Assembly (NCBI GenBank): GCA_010909165.1
Contig: MU008172.1
Span: forward strand, 310,001-374,000
Source of the DNA: Anthoceros angustus
Taxonomy: Eukaryota > Plantae > Anthocerotophyta
Length of the DNA: 64,000 nt
Direction: 5' to 3'
Positions 45,578 to 57,200 of the stretch are shown one piece after another. Numbering within the stretch: the first letter of the stretch is position 1; each line of letters begins with the position of its first letter. The notes below the pieces were generated by a model, which did not search any database, was not told where the DNA came from, and saw only the letters and a list, made by a program, of their open reading frames with translations. The position numbers were made by a program, and so were the translations under genes.

Positions 45578-45790
45578 GTCCGCTCCCTGGGATGCATACA
45601 ATCCCCGCCCACGCAGCGCACCATCTTCATCCACTCGCGCGCGCACTCGCACCACATCCTTTTCCCGATTACGATTAGATTAGGCTCCCCATTAGCTGGA
45701 CAAGAAATTTAGTTAAACAATTGAAACAGAAAAAAACGGGCTCGGCTCGGCTCGGAACCCATTCTACATGTGGGTAGGTCCTACATATCT

Positions 45791-48700
45791 TCAATACACG
45801 AGATCGCATTGACAGAGGTCGCCAAAAAACTGCTTCACCACGTCCTGAAAGGGAGGGCGCAAGCACATGTAGCCGTTGAGGAACTCCTCCAAATCCAGCA
45901 GGTCGTTGATGTCGTCCTTCTCCAGGATCATGTCCACCATGGCGCTGTGGAAGTCGGAGTCGCGGCCTGGGGAGTCCGGCACCGCAGCGCACAGCTTCTC
46001 CAGCTCCCCGCGCTTCGCCGTCACCATCTCCTGGAGGTCCTTGGAGATCTCCGAGGCCTCCTCGCCCTTCTCCGACTCCAGCTTCAGAGAGCGCGTCTCG
46101 AACTCCAGGTGCGACAGCAGCTCCTGCTCCTGCTCTGAATCCGTCCTGTACGCTCCCGCCCCGAACATCCTCAGAGCCTCCCGTCTGAACACGCCCACCG
46201 ACAGGGCGCAATCGCTGTCGGATTCCGACCCCGATTCCGACCCGGTTCCCTCTTCCTCCTCGGATTCAGACTCCGCTTCCGCTGCCGCTTCCCCTTCCCC
46301 TTCCGCTTCTGCTGCTGGGTCTGGGTCCCTCGTGTCGCCGACTCCTTGCTTATTGCTGCTTTCCACGAGTCTGTCCGACTCGGGTGCTGGCTGGGCCGGG
46401 ATGGCCGCGGGCTGGTCACCGGCTTGGGAGCTCTGGTCGGGGTTCAACGATTTTGAAAGGCCGCGGCCGAGTCTGTTCTGGGACTCCAGGCCGAGGAGCA
46501 GCGTGGTGGCTTTGCTCCCCGGATCGGACTGGATGGAGGTGTTGAGGAGATCGGGCTTGGGCTGCTGGACGCCTGGCTTGTCCGGACCCGGGCTCGGGGG
46601 CCTCGGAGGGCCGCCGTTCCCCTGAGCCTGAGCTCGGGCATTGGTTTGCTTTAAGGCGGACGCTGATACTGATGCTGGGCGGCTTCCGGATTTCAAGTCA
46701 TCGATGCTGATGGTGGCGATGTTCTGGGTGAGGAGGTTTCTGCTGGGAGGCCGCAGCCGCCGATTAGCACTGGCAGGTGCAGGTGCCGGTGCTGTAGCTG
46801 TAGCTGTACCCGTGGGCGTCAGAGGAGGAGCAGGCTGGGATACCTGCATTAGGTACAGAGATGGGAAGGAAGTTCGGCTAATGCTGCTGGGAACTGGGCT
46901 GTTCTCGGCAGGGGTTGCAGATGGGGGAGGGCTTGCAGGGACTGGGACTGAGACTGAGACTGGGACTGGGACTGGGGCTGGGACTGGGACTGGGGCTGGG
47001 GATGGGCTGGATGAACGCTTGGATCGGGGAGCCGAGCGACTGGGGGTGGAGGTTTCCCCACCCGTGCCAGCCTCACTCCGAGCTGCCCGCCTACGGGAGG
47101 GCATCCCGGCGGGTGCTGGACTGGAGTTGGCGGAGATCATTCCCCTGCTCTTGGCTAACAAGGCTCTCATGCCACCTGGTTCAGATTGGACGGAGGAGTT
47201 CATGAAGTCTCGGGTTGATCTGAACCGGGATCTGATGCCAGACGGCTCGGCTCCATTACGGTCGCTGTCATACCCGCCTCCTGGAGAGTCCGAGCTGCTG
47301 TAGAGCTTGGACTTCGCCCTGGAGCTGACGGTGGATCTTTGCGAGCTCCCGACTCTCATGTCCAGGTCCTGATGCGTGTCCGGCAGGGAGGAGGCTCCTA
47401 TGGATTTGGAGCTAGGCGACCGCAGCTTGTACCAAAAGCTCGAGGCTGCTCCCCCTCGGCCAGGCGAGCCGTTCAGGTCATTCTCGACAGCTTCAAGCAG
47501 ACTTGCTCTGCTCAATGGCACACGACTTGGGCTCCTCTGCTTGTCTTCAGAAACCTGCTGGGCTGCAGCTGGCAAAGGCTCGTATTTCTGCTCCATATGC
47601 TTGAAATCATCTGGGAAGTTCCCCTGGTCATCCTCCTCCGGTTCCTGGATGATCGTTCCGGGCGAAGCAGAAATCGGTTTCTGGTTTGGGGACCGCAATA
47701 TCTGATCCGGAGATGCATCTCTTGAGTACTCCAATATTGGACTTTCATCTCCACCATCTGAGTCGAATGTCCGCGGCCTCTCATCACCGTCATCCACCTC
47801 CAATTCCCGCTCTGGCTCCCTGGCTGCCTCTCCCTCTTGGGAATCCATGTCCAATTCACGACCACTCTTGGAATCAAGAGACATGTCACTTGGACCGGAT
47901 GCAGAAGCAGCAGCACGAGCTGCTGCTGCCGCCTGGGCCTTCTCCAGCTGATCACTGAGAATGTCATGAAGGTCCTGCTGCAGAGCCAGCTCCTGCAGCT
48001 GATCAGCAATGTACTGGTCCAAGAACGTGTTCTGGTCGGAGTACTGATCCAGGTACTCATACAACTGCTCATGGTCTTGGATCAAGTACTCATGCTCGTG
48101 CATCACCTCGTCCGGGATATCACCGCTGTCGGGGTTCTCTGTTTCCCTCATCCTGATGGATGTCGATCGACTCATCTTCCCCTTGGACAGCCTGTCGAAA
48201 AACTGCTCAGAACCAGTGCTGGGCGGTCCTGAGTGCACAATCTTGCTCTTCCTTATGGTTTCCGCGATGAGAGGTCCTGAGAAGTACAACCCGCCCACCC
48301 CATTCGGACTGTCCCGGGGACCACGATCCCGAAGCATCCCTGAGAAACTAGACCGATCAACCACCAGCTCTTGATCCTCCGATATCTCCCTGTCATCGTA
48401 AATCTGCCTCAGCACGGATGCCGGAATGACGGGCCCAGATCGCGGCCACTGCTGCTCCCCCTCACTCTCCTGCAGCCCTTCATCCGACATCCCTAGCCCG
48501 CTCTCTATCCTACCGGCAACCAGAGGCCCTGAGAAATTTCTTCGATCCTTCGTCCTCGCCGCAGCCCTTAGTGCTTCCCCGTTGTAGCTGAGATTCTCCC
48601 GTGGCCGGAGGCCCGAATTCCTCAACCGAGTGGCAGCACTGGAAGTGGCTGCCGCTCTGGGAGTTGCTGCTTCCGGCTTGTGCTGTACGCTTCCCCCGTC

Positions 48701-51700
48701 CACCCATACCGGAATTATGTCGTTGCACTCATCGATGTACTCAGGTCGAGAGAGTCGATGCTTCTCTTGAAACCTGTCCTTCTGGATCTTGACATCCTCA
48801 TGCATCAACCTCTCCTCCGTGGCAGCAGCCACCATCCTCGATTTGTGCTTCCCGTTTGCCCCAGCAGCCTCAGACTGTACACGTGCCTGCAAGGCCATCA
48901 GGTTAGAATCCTCCCGAACAGGGCCTGCCTTCCTACCACCTTGACCAGCGTCCCTGGAGAGGGAATTGGCACCCGGTGACCTAGCTCTTCCCCTTTTAGG
49001 TTGCCCCCGATCCGCCCGTGAAGAAGACCAGCTACCATTCCCGTTGGAGTTGGAGTGGTGAGCCGCCCCTGATCTGCTGGTCCTCGGCTTGCTGTAGTAA
49101 GGATCCGACATCTGAGCCTTGAACTGCAAATCAAGCGATCTCCGAGCAGTCTGCGAGCCCGATCCTCTGTTCCACGGCCCTCTCATGTCCGCCGCATCAA
49201 CAGACTGTCCCAGCTTGCTCACCTTGGGCGAGTAGTCCACATTCCTGTACCTGCTCGCAACAGCTCTTGGTCCGTTCCGACGGGCAGCGCTCCCTCCAGA
49301 GGCCGCGGTACCATTGGACTTGGCGCTGGGAGGCGTGCTGGTCTGGTAGGTATCGGAGGCCACCCGAGCGGGAGAGCTCTTGCTGGATCTGCCTTCAACC
49401 AGGTACGGCTTCACAACCTTCTTGGTCACGGTGCGGTCGGCCTCCGACTCGAATTCATCCAGATGCAGCATGAGGTCCAGCCGGCTGAAGCTGCTGGAGC
49501 TGGAGTCCAGACCACCAGCCGTGCGGGGCTGGACCACCAGGCCAGCCTTGAGCTCTGCGTTGTAGTCGTTGAGGAGAGCAGCCACCCTCTGGAAATTCTT
49601 GGCCGTCAGCATCTTGTTGGACGACGTGCTGCTCAGCGCCTTCACTTCAGACTCGATGCTGGACCGGGGCAGGTCCTGGAATCTGGCCGAGTCCGCTTCC
49701 GAGGACGCTTCATCAGCCGGATCCGGCCGGGGAGCTGATCTGCGGTCACTCCGCTCCTTCAGCAGCGCTGCCACTTTGTCCATATTCCGGCTCGTCAGCA
49801 TCTTGGTGGAAGCTGTGCTGCTCAGCACCCTCACGTCCATGGTGGATTCGACGCTAGACCTCGGCTGCTCCGGAGGCTGCACTGGGAGTACTGGATCAAT
49901 TGCCGGATGCCGGAGTTCCGCCTCCTCCGATTCGGAATCCTCAACAGCAGGCAGAGTCTCCCGAAATTTGGGATTTGCGGATCCGGAGCTGCTGCTCTTG
50001 TCCACGGCAGAGGAAGCCACCTCTCCAATGGCCAGCTCCTGCACCTGCGCTGCTCCCGCCGGCTTTGCGATGGAGACAGAGAGACCCGCTATTCCCTCTA
50101 TCATTTTGTTGCCGTACGCTGCTGCTCCCAGAGCCTTGGGTGGTGCAACCAGCTTCTTTCTCCTGTTCCCATCCGCGGTAATCCCTTGTGCCGGCTTGCT
50201 CCAGCTGGTACCAGACTCGCCTACGCTTGCCGCAGCCGCGGCTTGCACCAATCCAAAGTTGAAAGTCCGGTGGATGTCTTGCACAACCTTGGGATCAAGA
50301 TCGATTTTGAGCTTGTGATGGAGCTCCGCAAATCGGTCCGTCAGCTCTGCCTTCAGCGCGGCATCCTTGGGAGTCTCCGCGGTCACGGAAGCGGATTCAA
50401 ACCTCGCCACGGACACGCCATTCAGATCTCCTCCCGAATCTCCAGCCAAAGCGGGCGATACTGAAGGCCCTTGCTCGCTGTCGGACACAGCCCGCTTCTC
50501 TTCCACCTCTAAGCTGCTGCTGCCAGCTTCACCATTCTGACCAGACCCAGCACCATCCTCAACACCGCGTGCTGGGGAAATTACGGGCCCGGCTCTCTCC
50601 TTGATCGGAATTGTTACACCTTTCTGCGCCCTCGCAGGCCCTACTCGCGCTGCCTGCGCAGCATTCCGTTCCAGCTCTCGAATGAGATCCTGGACGGATT
50701 TCTTGGGAGATTGTGGTGTAAACGCTGCCGGCTCCAAGCTTCCTCCTCCTTTGCCATCGAATTCTCTCAAGATCCCCACAATTTTGATTTCCGAAGCGGA
50801 GGGAGGGGACCGCCCACTTCCAACGTCCTCATCTCCACCAACTCCGGATCCCTCCTCCTGCTCCACACTTTCACCATAAGCTGCAATCAAAGATTCGCCG
50901 GCCCCAGATCCTGCCAAAATAGAGGTGGGAGAGCCAGACGAATCAAACAAGGAATCCGGATGCAGCAGACCAGCCGAGCTATCAACCTTTTCACGTTCCG
51001 ACACGACCGCACCTTGAACATACGGAGCTGAGAAATCTACACTTGCTTTCAGAAATTCCAGCATGCTTCCAGGATCTTCATTACTTCCCACAATCTTCTC
51101 CTTGTCAGCCTGTCCCGACACCGAGTCGCCCGCCGGTCGGATTACCTCGCCCTGGCCGTTCAACGCTGAGCTCCCCAGCTTGTTACTCACCGATTTCCTC
51201 CCGGGCCCCGCATTCCTTAACCCCAAGTCGGCCGACTTCCTGCCCGGGCCCGGGGAATCACTCACAGGTCCAGCCTTCTTTGTGACGGTTGCAACGGGCT
51301 GCTTCCTCGCAGCGTCAGGCAATATCCCGGATCCTGTTCGCTTGCCGGCCGAGGCATCCGGCTGCGGTTTCTTATTGGAGGGATTCTGCCCGTCCTTGGA
51401 CGCGGATTTGCGAGCCGGGATGTCGCTCACAGACTTCCTAGCTGGCACTACGGGATCCGCAGAGGCTTTCTTCGCCGCTTTCAGAGTGAAGAGCTCTCCA
51501 GACATGCTCTTCCCCGGACCTCCTTTGCCCTTGATCCCTGTATTTGCAATCTCTGTCGCCTTCTTCTCACTGCCTGCAGCCTTCTTCCGGCTGTTAGAGA
51601 GCAGCGGGCCGGAACCGGTGAGCCTTCTCAGCGGCCACCCGCTTCCTCCAGATTTGTCTTCCTTTGCCGGCTTCTGTGCGGAACCGGCCACTGCCTCCTT

Positions 51701-52573
51701 CTTTGCCCCGGGGCCCGCTGCCGGGATTTCCTTCGCGGGTCCGGAGACGATGACATCAAGCCTCTTAGCGCCTGCTGGTTTCGTGGATTTGGCGTTTTGC
51801 TCGTCCTTCTGCGGGGAAAAATCGGCTGAAAGCGGTGGATCGCACCCCAGCTGTTCCATGAGCATCAGATTTGCAAGGGATGATTCGTACTCCACGGTCG
51901 TGCTCGCTGGACGCAGAGTTCCAGCAGCGTCGTCCCCATCGGAGTCAGAAGCGGTAGCCAGCCTCTGGTACATGTGGATCCCGAAAGTGGGATCATCGGA
52001 ATCCTCCTTTTTCTCCTTGCTCTCCTTCACAAAATTGGACTTCACGATTGGAATCTTGGATTTGGAGAAGGCGGGAGTTGCTTCTTCGGCTCTTGCGACG
52101 TGTTCCCGGGGAAGCTCTAACGATCTGTTCCTCCTCTTTGGCAACGGAACAACGCCGCCAGAGGGGACGCGTGCTATGCCGCAGCTGAGATCAACGGAGT
52201 TGGAGCCCAGGCCCTTGAGGTTGGTAGCGGCCAGCTCCTTCTTGCTGCTCGAACTAGGTCTTCCGTGATCCACACTCTTGGACGTGTTGTTGAAGCTGAT
52301 TGCCCGCGCCAGACTTTGGCTACCCTGCGTGCCGGATGGCTGCTTCTTCTTGGACAAAGTAAGCTTCTTCAACGAGCTGCTCATGCCCTTGAGCTTGCCA
52401 TACCAGTTGCTTGAACCACTGCTGACATAGCCGAGCTCCCTGCCGTCCTCATCACCGCTAGCATAATTTGATGGACTTAACGCTGCCTTGGGCATGGCAC
52501 TTCCCCGCTGACCAGCCCCGGTCCCTTTGCTACCAGCGTCTTCCATGTCTTGTGTTTTCGACAACGCCGTCAT
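45791..52573 (-). CDS. Giant (2260 aa) single-exon OVATE-family-like protein with a degenerate C-terminal OVATE domain
   Basis: 6783-nt uninterrupted ATG ORF. C-terminus DSDFHSAMVDMILEKDDINDLLDLEEFLNGYMCL...VVKQFFGDL aligns by eye with the OVATE consensus. N-terminal SNWYGKLKGM resembles the OFP NAWFYKLKDM motif. Confidence 0.85.
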   Translation of the reverse strand: MTALSKTQDMEDAGSKGTGAGQRGSAMPKAALSPSNYASGDEDGRELGYVSSGSSNWYGKLKGMSSSLKKLTLSKKKQPSGTQGSQSLARAISFNNTSKSVDHGRPSSSSKKELAATNLKGLGSNSVDLSCGIARVPSGGVVPLPKRRNRSLELPREHVARAEEATPAFSKSKIPIVKSNFVKESKEKKEDSDDPTFGIHMYQRLATASDSDGDDAAGTLRPASTTVEYESSLANLMLMEQLGCDPPLSADFSPQKDEQNAKSTKPAGAKRLDVIVSGPAKEIPAAGPGAKKEAVAGSAQKPAKEDKSGGSGWPLRRLTGSGPLLSNSRKKAAGSEKKATEIANTGIKGKGGPGKSMSGELFTLKAAKKASADPVVPARKSVSDIPARKSASKDGQNPSNKKPQPDASAGKRTGSGILPDAARKQPVATVTKKAGPVSDSPGPGRKSADLGLRNAGPGRKSVSNKLGSSALNGQGEVIRPAGDSVSGQADKEKIVGSNEDPGSMLEFLKASVDFSAPYVQGAVVSEREKVDSSAGLLHPDSLFDSSGSPTSILAGSGAGESLIAAYGESVEQEEGSGVGGDEDVGSGRSPPSASEIKIVGILREFDGKGGGSLEPAAFTPQSPKKSVQDLIRELERNAAQAARVGPARAQKGVTIPIKERAGPVISPARGVEDGAGSGQNGEAGSSSLEVEEKRAVSDSEQGPSVSPALAGDSGGDLNGVSVARFESASVTAETPKDAALKAELTDRFAELHHKLKIDLDPKVVQDIHRTFNFGLVQAAAAASVGESGTSWSKPAQGITADGNRRKKLVAPPKALGAAAYGNKMIEGIAGLSVSIAKPAGAAQVQELAIGEVASSAVDKSSSSGSANPKFRETLPAVEDSESEEAELRHPAIDPVLPVQPPEQPRSSVESTMDVRVLSSTASTKMLTSRNMDKVAALLKERSDRRSAPRPDPADEASSEADSARFQDLPRSSIESEVKALSSTSSNKMLTAKNFQRVAALLNDYNAELKAGLVVQPRTAGGLDSSSSSFSRLDLMLHLDEFESEADRTVTKKVVKPYLVEGRSSKSSPARVASDTYQTSTPPSAKSNGTAASGGSAARRNGPRAVASRYRNVDYSPKVSKLGQSVDAADMRGPWNRGSGSQTARRSLDLQFKAQMSDPYYSKPRTSRSGAAHHSNSNGNGSWSSSRADRGQPKRGRARSPGANSLSRDAGQGGRKAGPVREDSNLMALQARVQSEAAGANGKHKSRMVAAATEERLMHEDVKIQKDRFQEKHRLSRPEYIDECNDIIPVWVDGGSVQHKPEAATPRAAATSSAATRLRNSGLRPRENLSYNGEALRAAARTKDRRNFSGPLVAGRIESGLGMSDEGLQESEGEQQWPRSGPVIPASVLRQIYDDREISEDQELVVDRSSFSGMLRDRGPRDSPNGVGGLYFSGPLIAETIRKSKIVHSGPPSTGSEQFFDRLSKGKMSRSTSIRMRETENPDSGDIPDEVMHEHEYLIQDHEQLYEYLDQYSDQNTFLDQYIADQLQELALQQDLHDILSDQLEKAQAAAAARAAASASGPSDMSLDSKSGRELDMDSQEGEAAREPERELEVDDGDERPRTFDSDGGDESPILEYSRDASPDQILRSPNQKPISASPGTIIQEPEEDDQGNFPDDFKHMEQKYEPLPAAAQQVSEDKQRSPSRVPLSRASLLEAVENDLNGSPGRGGAASSFWYKLRSPSSKSIGASSLPDTHQDLDMRVGSSQRSTVSSRAKSKLYSSSDSPGGGYDSDRNGAEPSGIRSRFRSTRDFMNSSVQSEPGGMRALLAKSRGMISANSSPAPAGMPSRRRAARSEAGTGGETSTPSRSAPRSKRSSSPSPAPVPVPAPVPVPVSVSVPVPASPPPSATPAENSPVPSSISRTSFPSLYLMQVSQPAPPLTPTGTATATAPAPAPASANRRLRPPSRNLLTQNIATISIDDLKSGSRPASVSASALKQTNARAQAQGNGGPPRPPSPGPDKPGVQQPKPDLLNTSIQSDPGSKATTLLLGLESQNRLGRGLSKSLNPDQSSQAGDQPAAIPAQPAPESDRLVESSNKQGVGDTRDPDPAAEAEGEGEAAAEAESESEEEEGTGSESGSESDSDCALSVGVFRREALRMFGAGAYRTDSEQEQELLSHLEFETRSLKLESEKGEEASEISKDLQEMVTAKRGELEKLCAAVPDSPGRDSDFHSAMVDMILEKDDINDLLDLEEFLNGYMCLRPPFQDVVKQFFGDLCQCDLVY

Positions 52574-54245
52574 CGCAAGCTTTCCATGCTGGTCTGTAGG
52601 TCGGACCAGTCAAAGCTCCTTCGCAGTCCTCCCGGATGAGACTCGGAGCTCATCACGGAAACCTTATCTCCGAACATCTGCACACCAGGCAAAGCAAGAG
52701 CACTGCATGTCAGCCGGCAAATTGATCGATCCAACCGAACAGGATTTGCTGCACAGGAATCGATGCATATCTCTACATGAAGTGGAGATGGAGGGAGAAT
52801 TCAGACAATTTCAAGGTGATGATTGTGTGCACACTCTGCTGAACTCGCAATCTCTGGCAAGACGAGACGAGATGCGGCAATGCAGAAGCATCAAGAGATG
52901 CCCCAAACTGCCCCGGCTTTTTATGGATCCGCATGATGAGCACCAGCAACTACATAGCTGGCACCATCTGTGGTGCTGGACATGCCTAACAGGAGCCACC
53001 GCGTGCACGCGCACAGGGAGTGCACCGTCTCAATTGTGCATTACCGGTCCCTCGGGTTGCACGCACTGCTGCGTGCCCCAGGTGGCCTATGGAGCTGTGC
53101 CAGGTGACTGGCTCAGCGGCCGCTGTTCCCTATTGCCAGTGGGATACCAGACGGTGCGTAGGAATCTTGATCCATCGTAGGTCCCATTCGACTTGTGTTC
53201 GTAAGTTGATCAAGGAGCAGGAGCTGTGGAATTGCAACATTGCTTTCGGGAGAGCCGGTGCTCGCCATGGACGTGCCTGCACGACGACGCACAGCGGCGC
53301 AGTCGTGGCCAGTAGGACCCGCTATCTTTAACGTGCCGTGCTAATCAAGCTTCGCTTGGCCCTGCGTGTCAATACCGCTGCGGGTACGCAACGCATTTTT
53401 GCGATTAGGGTTTCCTTGTTGTGTGCTGCGACGGAGAATTCACTGTATACCATGCGCAGGTCCCTGGACCTGTACGAGCTCTACATACATCGGCAATGTG
53501 GCAGGTACATCTGGAGGGTACTGTGGTGAGATAGGGACTTCAACAGTGGTTAGCAATGTGTGTTATGGATCTCGGACGATGTAAGGACTCTGCGTATGTA
53601 TCATGCCCGCTCCAACCAGCCACAAGCATGCAAGGGCTTGAGGAGTTCGGAAATGAGATAATGCAGCTTGGCAGGCTGTACCATCGCCGCCTCGTGAATT
53701 TGAGGCCTTTGGTGACCTCCAGATTGAAAGGACGCTCAAGGTTGCCATATGCATGCCCCTACGGCTCTCTGGGAAAATGCAGGTCCTGTCGCACGGTATC
53801 ACAAGAAAACTGCTCTTGGATTTCCATCGTGTAGGTCAGTGACAAGAGCTCAAAATGACGAACAGACAGTGGTAGAGCTCTATGCTGTCACCATCACCTA
53901 GCTGGAGACAAAGACACAAAGAACACCACTTCGAGGCTGGAGATTGCTGGAGATTGCTGTCTGTGTCGTTCAAGGTTCAGAGCATTTCTCCGCTTTGAGG
54001 TACGTTGCAATCTCATGGTCACTCAATTGCTAGGACAGCATGGACCTACGTGGTCATAACTGTGATCATGCATTTTGCAGCACCTCCCCTGTCATCCTCA
54101 TATGTACAACCTAGTGACATCTGGTGATACCTCTTAGATGGCAAAATGGTGGCCAAGCTTGCTGACTGTTGAATCGCTAACTGACGATCCAATGACCGCA
54201 ACCTTTAAGCAAGAGTTCTGAAACTTTCTAAACTTTTTCGCCAGC

Positions 54246-57200
54246 GTGAGGCTCTGTTTCTTTTACGGCCTCTGCTAGCAAGCTTGGAGACTCATCTGGC
54301 CATCCAGTCTGTGTGTCCACCACAGGTCCCAACGTCTCACAACAAGTAACGGACAAGGAGATCGATATCACTGACCGTGAGCATGAAAGTTGGCCTGGAG
54401 GCTCACGACAGGCGAGACTGTCAATTCCAGGCCAACTTTCATAAACATGGTTTCCAAGTTGATGGAATGATGGTTTCATGTTCACCGGCACGGGACTCCT
54501 GAGGTGAGCTCTTTTGGGATGGCTGGAGGTGCAGGAGGTTGTCCTGCGGCACAGCAAAGCTGGTGGGCACTATGTGGTATGGACGATAAAGTCAGGCACA
54601 TAGTGGGGAGTGTCGTCACACTCACGGCATACAATATCCACGGCATCACCAAACAAGATATTGCTTCCTAGTTGTTTTTGGTCTCAGTATGCCAATCTTC
54701 TAGCATCTGTATGATGTTCATATGGTTTCGGTATCTTTTCCTTTGATTACTACCACCCGACAAGATGCAGGTACTCACATCCTCATATATTACCAGAAAT
54801 TCTGAATCATTTGTCTTCATATTTTTCTAGAGTTTTGTCAAGATTGAGTCATCATGTCAAAGATATGCAAGATACATTTGTACTTGTCCTTTCATACATG
54901 CATATTATATCTATGTTTTTTTCAAAAACATGAAATACATGAGAAAGTTATAGCTAGTGGGTGTGGACCGGTAGCAGCCAATCTATACACCGGCTGTAGA
55001 AAGTTTTAAGTAGTGGGTGTGGACCAATAGCGGCCAATCTGTACATCGGCTGCAGAAAGTTGTAGCTCGTGGGTGTGGACCAGTAGCGGTTAATATGAAC
55101 ACCGACCTTGACCACAGACTATAAGGTGATATATAGAGGAGGTCCTTCAATAGTTCCTATGCTCTTGACATGGGGACTGTGGGCTTGGAACTTAAAGTAA
55201 CCTCTCGTTACTTTGAAGGGCCCTTCTCTTGACATGGGAACTGTGGGCTTCGAACTTTGAATAACCTCTAGTTACTTTGAAGGGCTCATTTATTGCTTTG
55301 GGAATTTAGATGACCATGCTATCAACACAAGAATACTGGTATTCGAGAGGAAAAGTGGGTTCAAAACTTCACATCCCACTTTTAAGAATGAAATCTCATT
55401 CCACCCTATATCAATACATTTTTTTTCGACCATCACTAGAAGAAGAAGATGAAGCATATTTAAGGCCACTAAGGACGGAAATTCCGTCATGGGACTGATA
55501 ACATTGAAGTTTAACTGAATTTCACCTAAATACTAGTGGTGTGAAGTATATCAAATATCTAGCAGGTTGAAAAAGAAAACTTGTGCATGAGTACTCTATT
55601 AGGAAATCCCATGTTTGCCTCAAACATACACCTATAAGAATGGGGTGAGGAAAAGAGAAAAAACTTCGGAGCGAAGAAGACCGAGCTGTTGTAAATAAGT
55701 TGGCAAAAGCGTTTGTGATATATGCATAGACAGGGGCCGAAGGAAACAAAGAGTTTTACATTCTCAACTTGCGTATTGCATAATCCAGATATTCGGGTCT
55801 CCTTACGTGGCCTTGGATGCAGCCATTTATATGTCTCAATCCCGAGAGGGTGAGACCTACACAAAAATGATCTAAGATTGAAGGACACATGGTTGGTTGC
55901 CAAGATAGAGATGTCAGTCATTATTTTCTACCACCAAAAGGCTAACAATTATTGGTGGGTCTTCAAACCCCGCCGCCCGCAATGTACATATGTAGAGAGG
56001 TTCGTCTTCTTCTTCTTCTTCGCCTTCTTCTTTTCTTCGCCCGTAAACTATGTTGGACATAGAGTAGTACTTTTCTGCGTGACCGTAGCACTCTGGGCAG
56101 GACAAATGACACGTTACCTTGTGAGTGTGTCGCACTCAGGAAACTTTCGAATGGCCGACGAAGGGTCCTGGTCGGGTCCCTATCCCTGTGGGATTTTTTT
56201 GTGAAAAATCGAGGTTGCTACCAAAAAGGCCTTGACCGACCACACACCGAGCCACATGTCGGTTGGGACCAGGCACCAGGCACCGGGAACCAGGCTGGAG
56301 CGTACCGAACGTGTTTAAGTTGGGGGCAATCGGATTGGCCATACCACAAATAAGATCCACAGCACAGGATCCGGGTGGTGCGTGTCTAGTCAGGGAAGGC
56401 CGGCAGTGGAGACCCAGTCAGGAAATCGGGTCACATTACTGGCCTGATCATCATCCAATGGGAGTGGATCAGATCAGATGACTTCACCATGTGTACTTAT
56501 GTCTCGCAACCGCTGTGGATGATGCTCTAATGCAACTGTTGAACAATGTCGACTCCGGTAGAGACGTGAGAAGGTGAGGCTCTGTTTCTTTTACGGCCTC
56601 TGCTATGCTTGGAGACTCATCTGGCCATCCAGTCTGTGTGTCCACCACAGGTCCCAACGTCTCACAACAAGTAACGGACAAGGAGATCGATATCACTGAC
56701 CGTGAGCATGAAAGTTGGCCTGGAGGCTCACGACAGGCGAGACTGTCAATTCAGGCCAACTTTCATAAACATGGTTTCAAGTTGATGGAATGATGGTTTC
56801 ATGTTCACCGGCACGGGACTCCTGAGGTGAGCTCTTTTGGGATGGCTGGAGGTGCAGGAGGTTGTCCTGCGGCACAGCAAAGCTGGTGGGCACTATGTGG
56901 TATGGACGATAAAGTCAGGCACATAGTGGGAGTGTCGTCACACTCACGGCATACAATATCCACGGCATCACCAAACAAGATATTGCTTCCTAGTTGTTTT
57001 TGGTCTCAGTATGCCAATCTTCTAGCATCTGTATGATGTTCATATGGTTTCGGTATCTTTTCCTTTGATTACTACCACCCGACAAGATGCAGGTACTCAC
57101 ATCCTCATATATTACCAGAAATTCTGAATCATTTGTCTTCATATTTTTCTAGAGTTTTGTCAAGATTGAGTCATCATGTCAAAGATATGCAAGATACATT

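Noticed and set aside
51063-52268. 401-aa and other + strand ORFs (45876-46625, 46641-47303, 49569-50318) inside the giant OFP
   Set aside because: Antisense shadows of a real long CDS.
52811-54100. Several 60-220 aa ORFs upstream of the giant OFP
   Set aside because: No consistent frame, splice pattern or domain signature.
54246-54255. gtgaggctct as a transposon target-site duplication
   Set aside because: The enclosed unit has no TIRs or LTR ends. Microhomology-mediated duplication explains three copies more simply.
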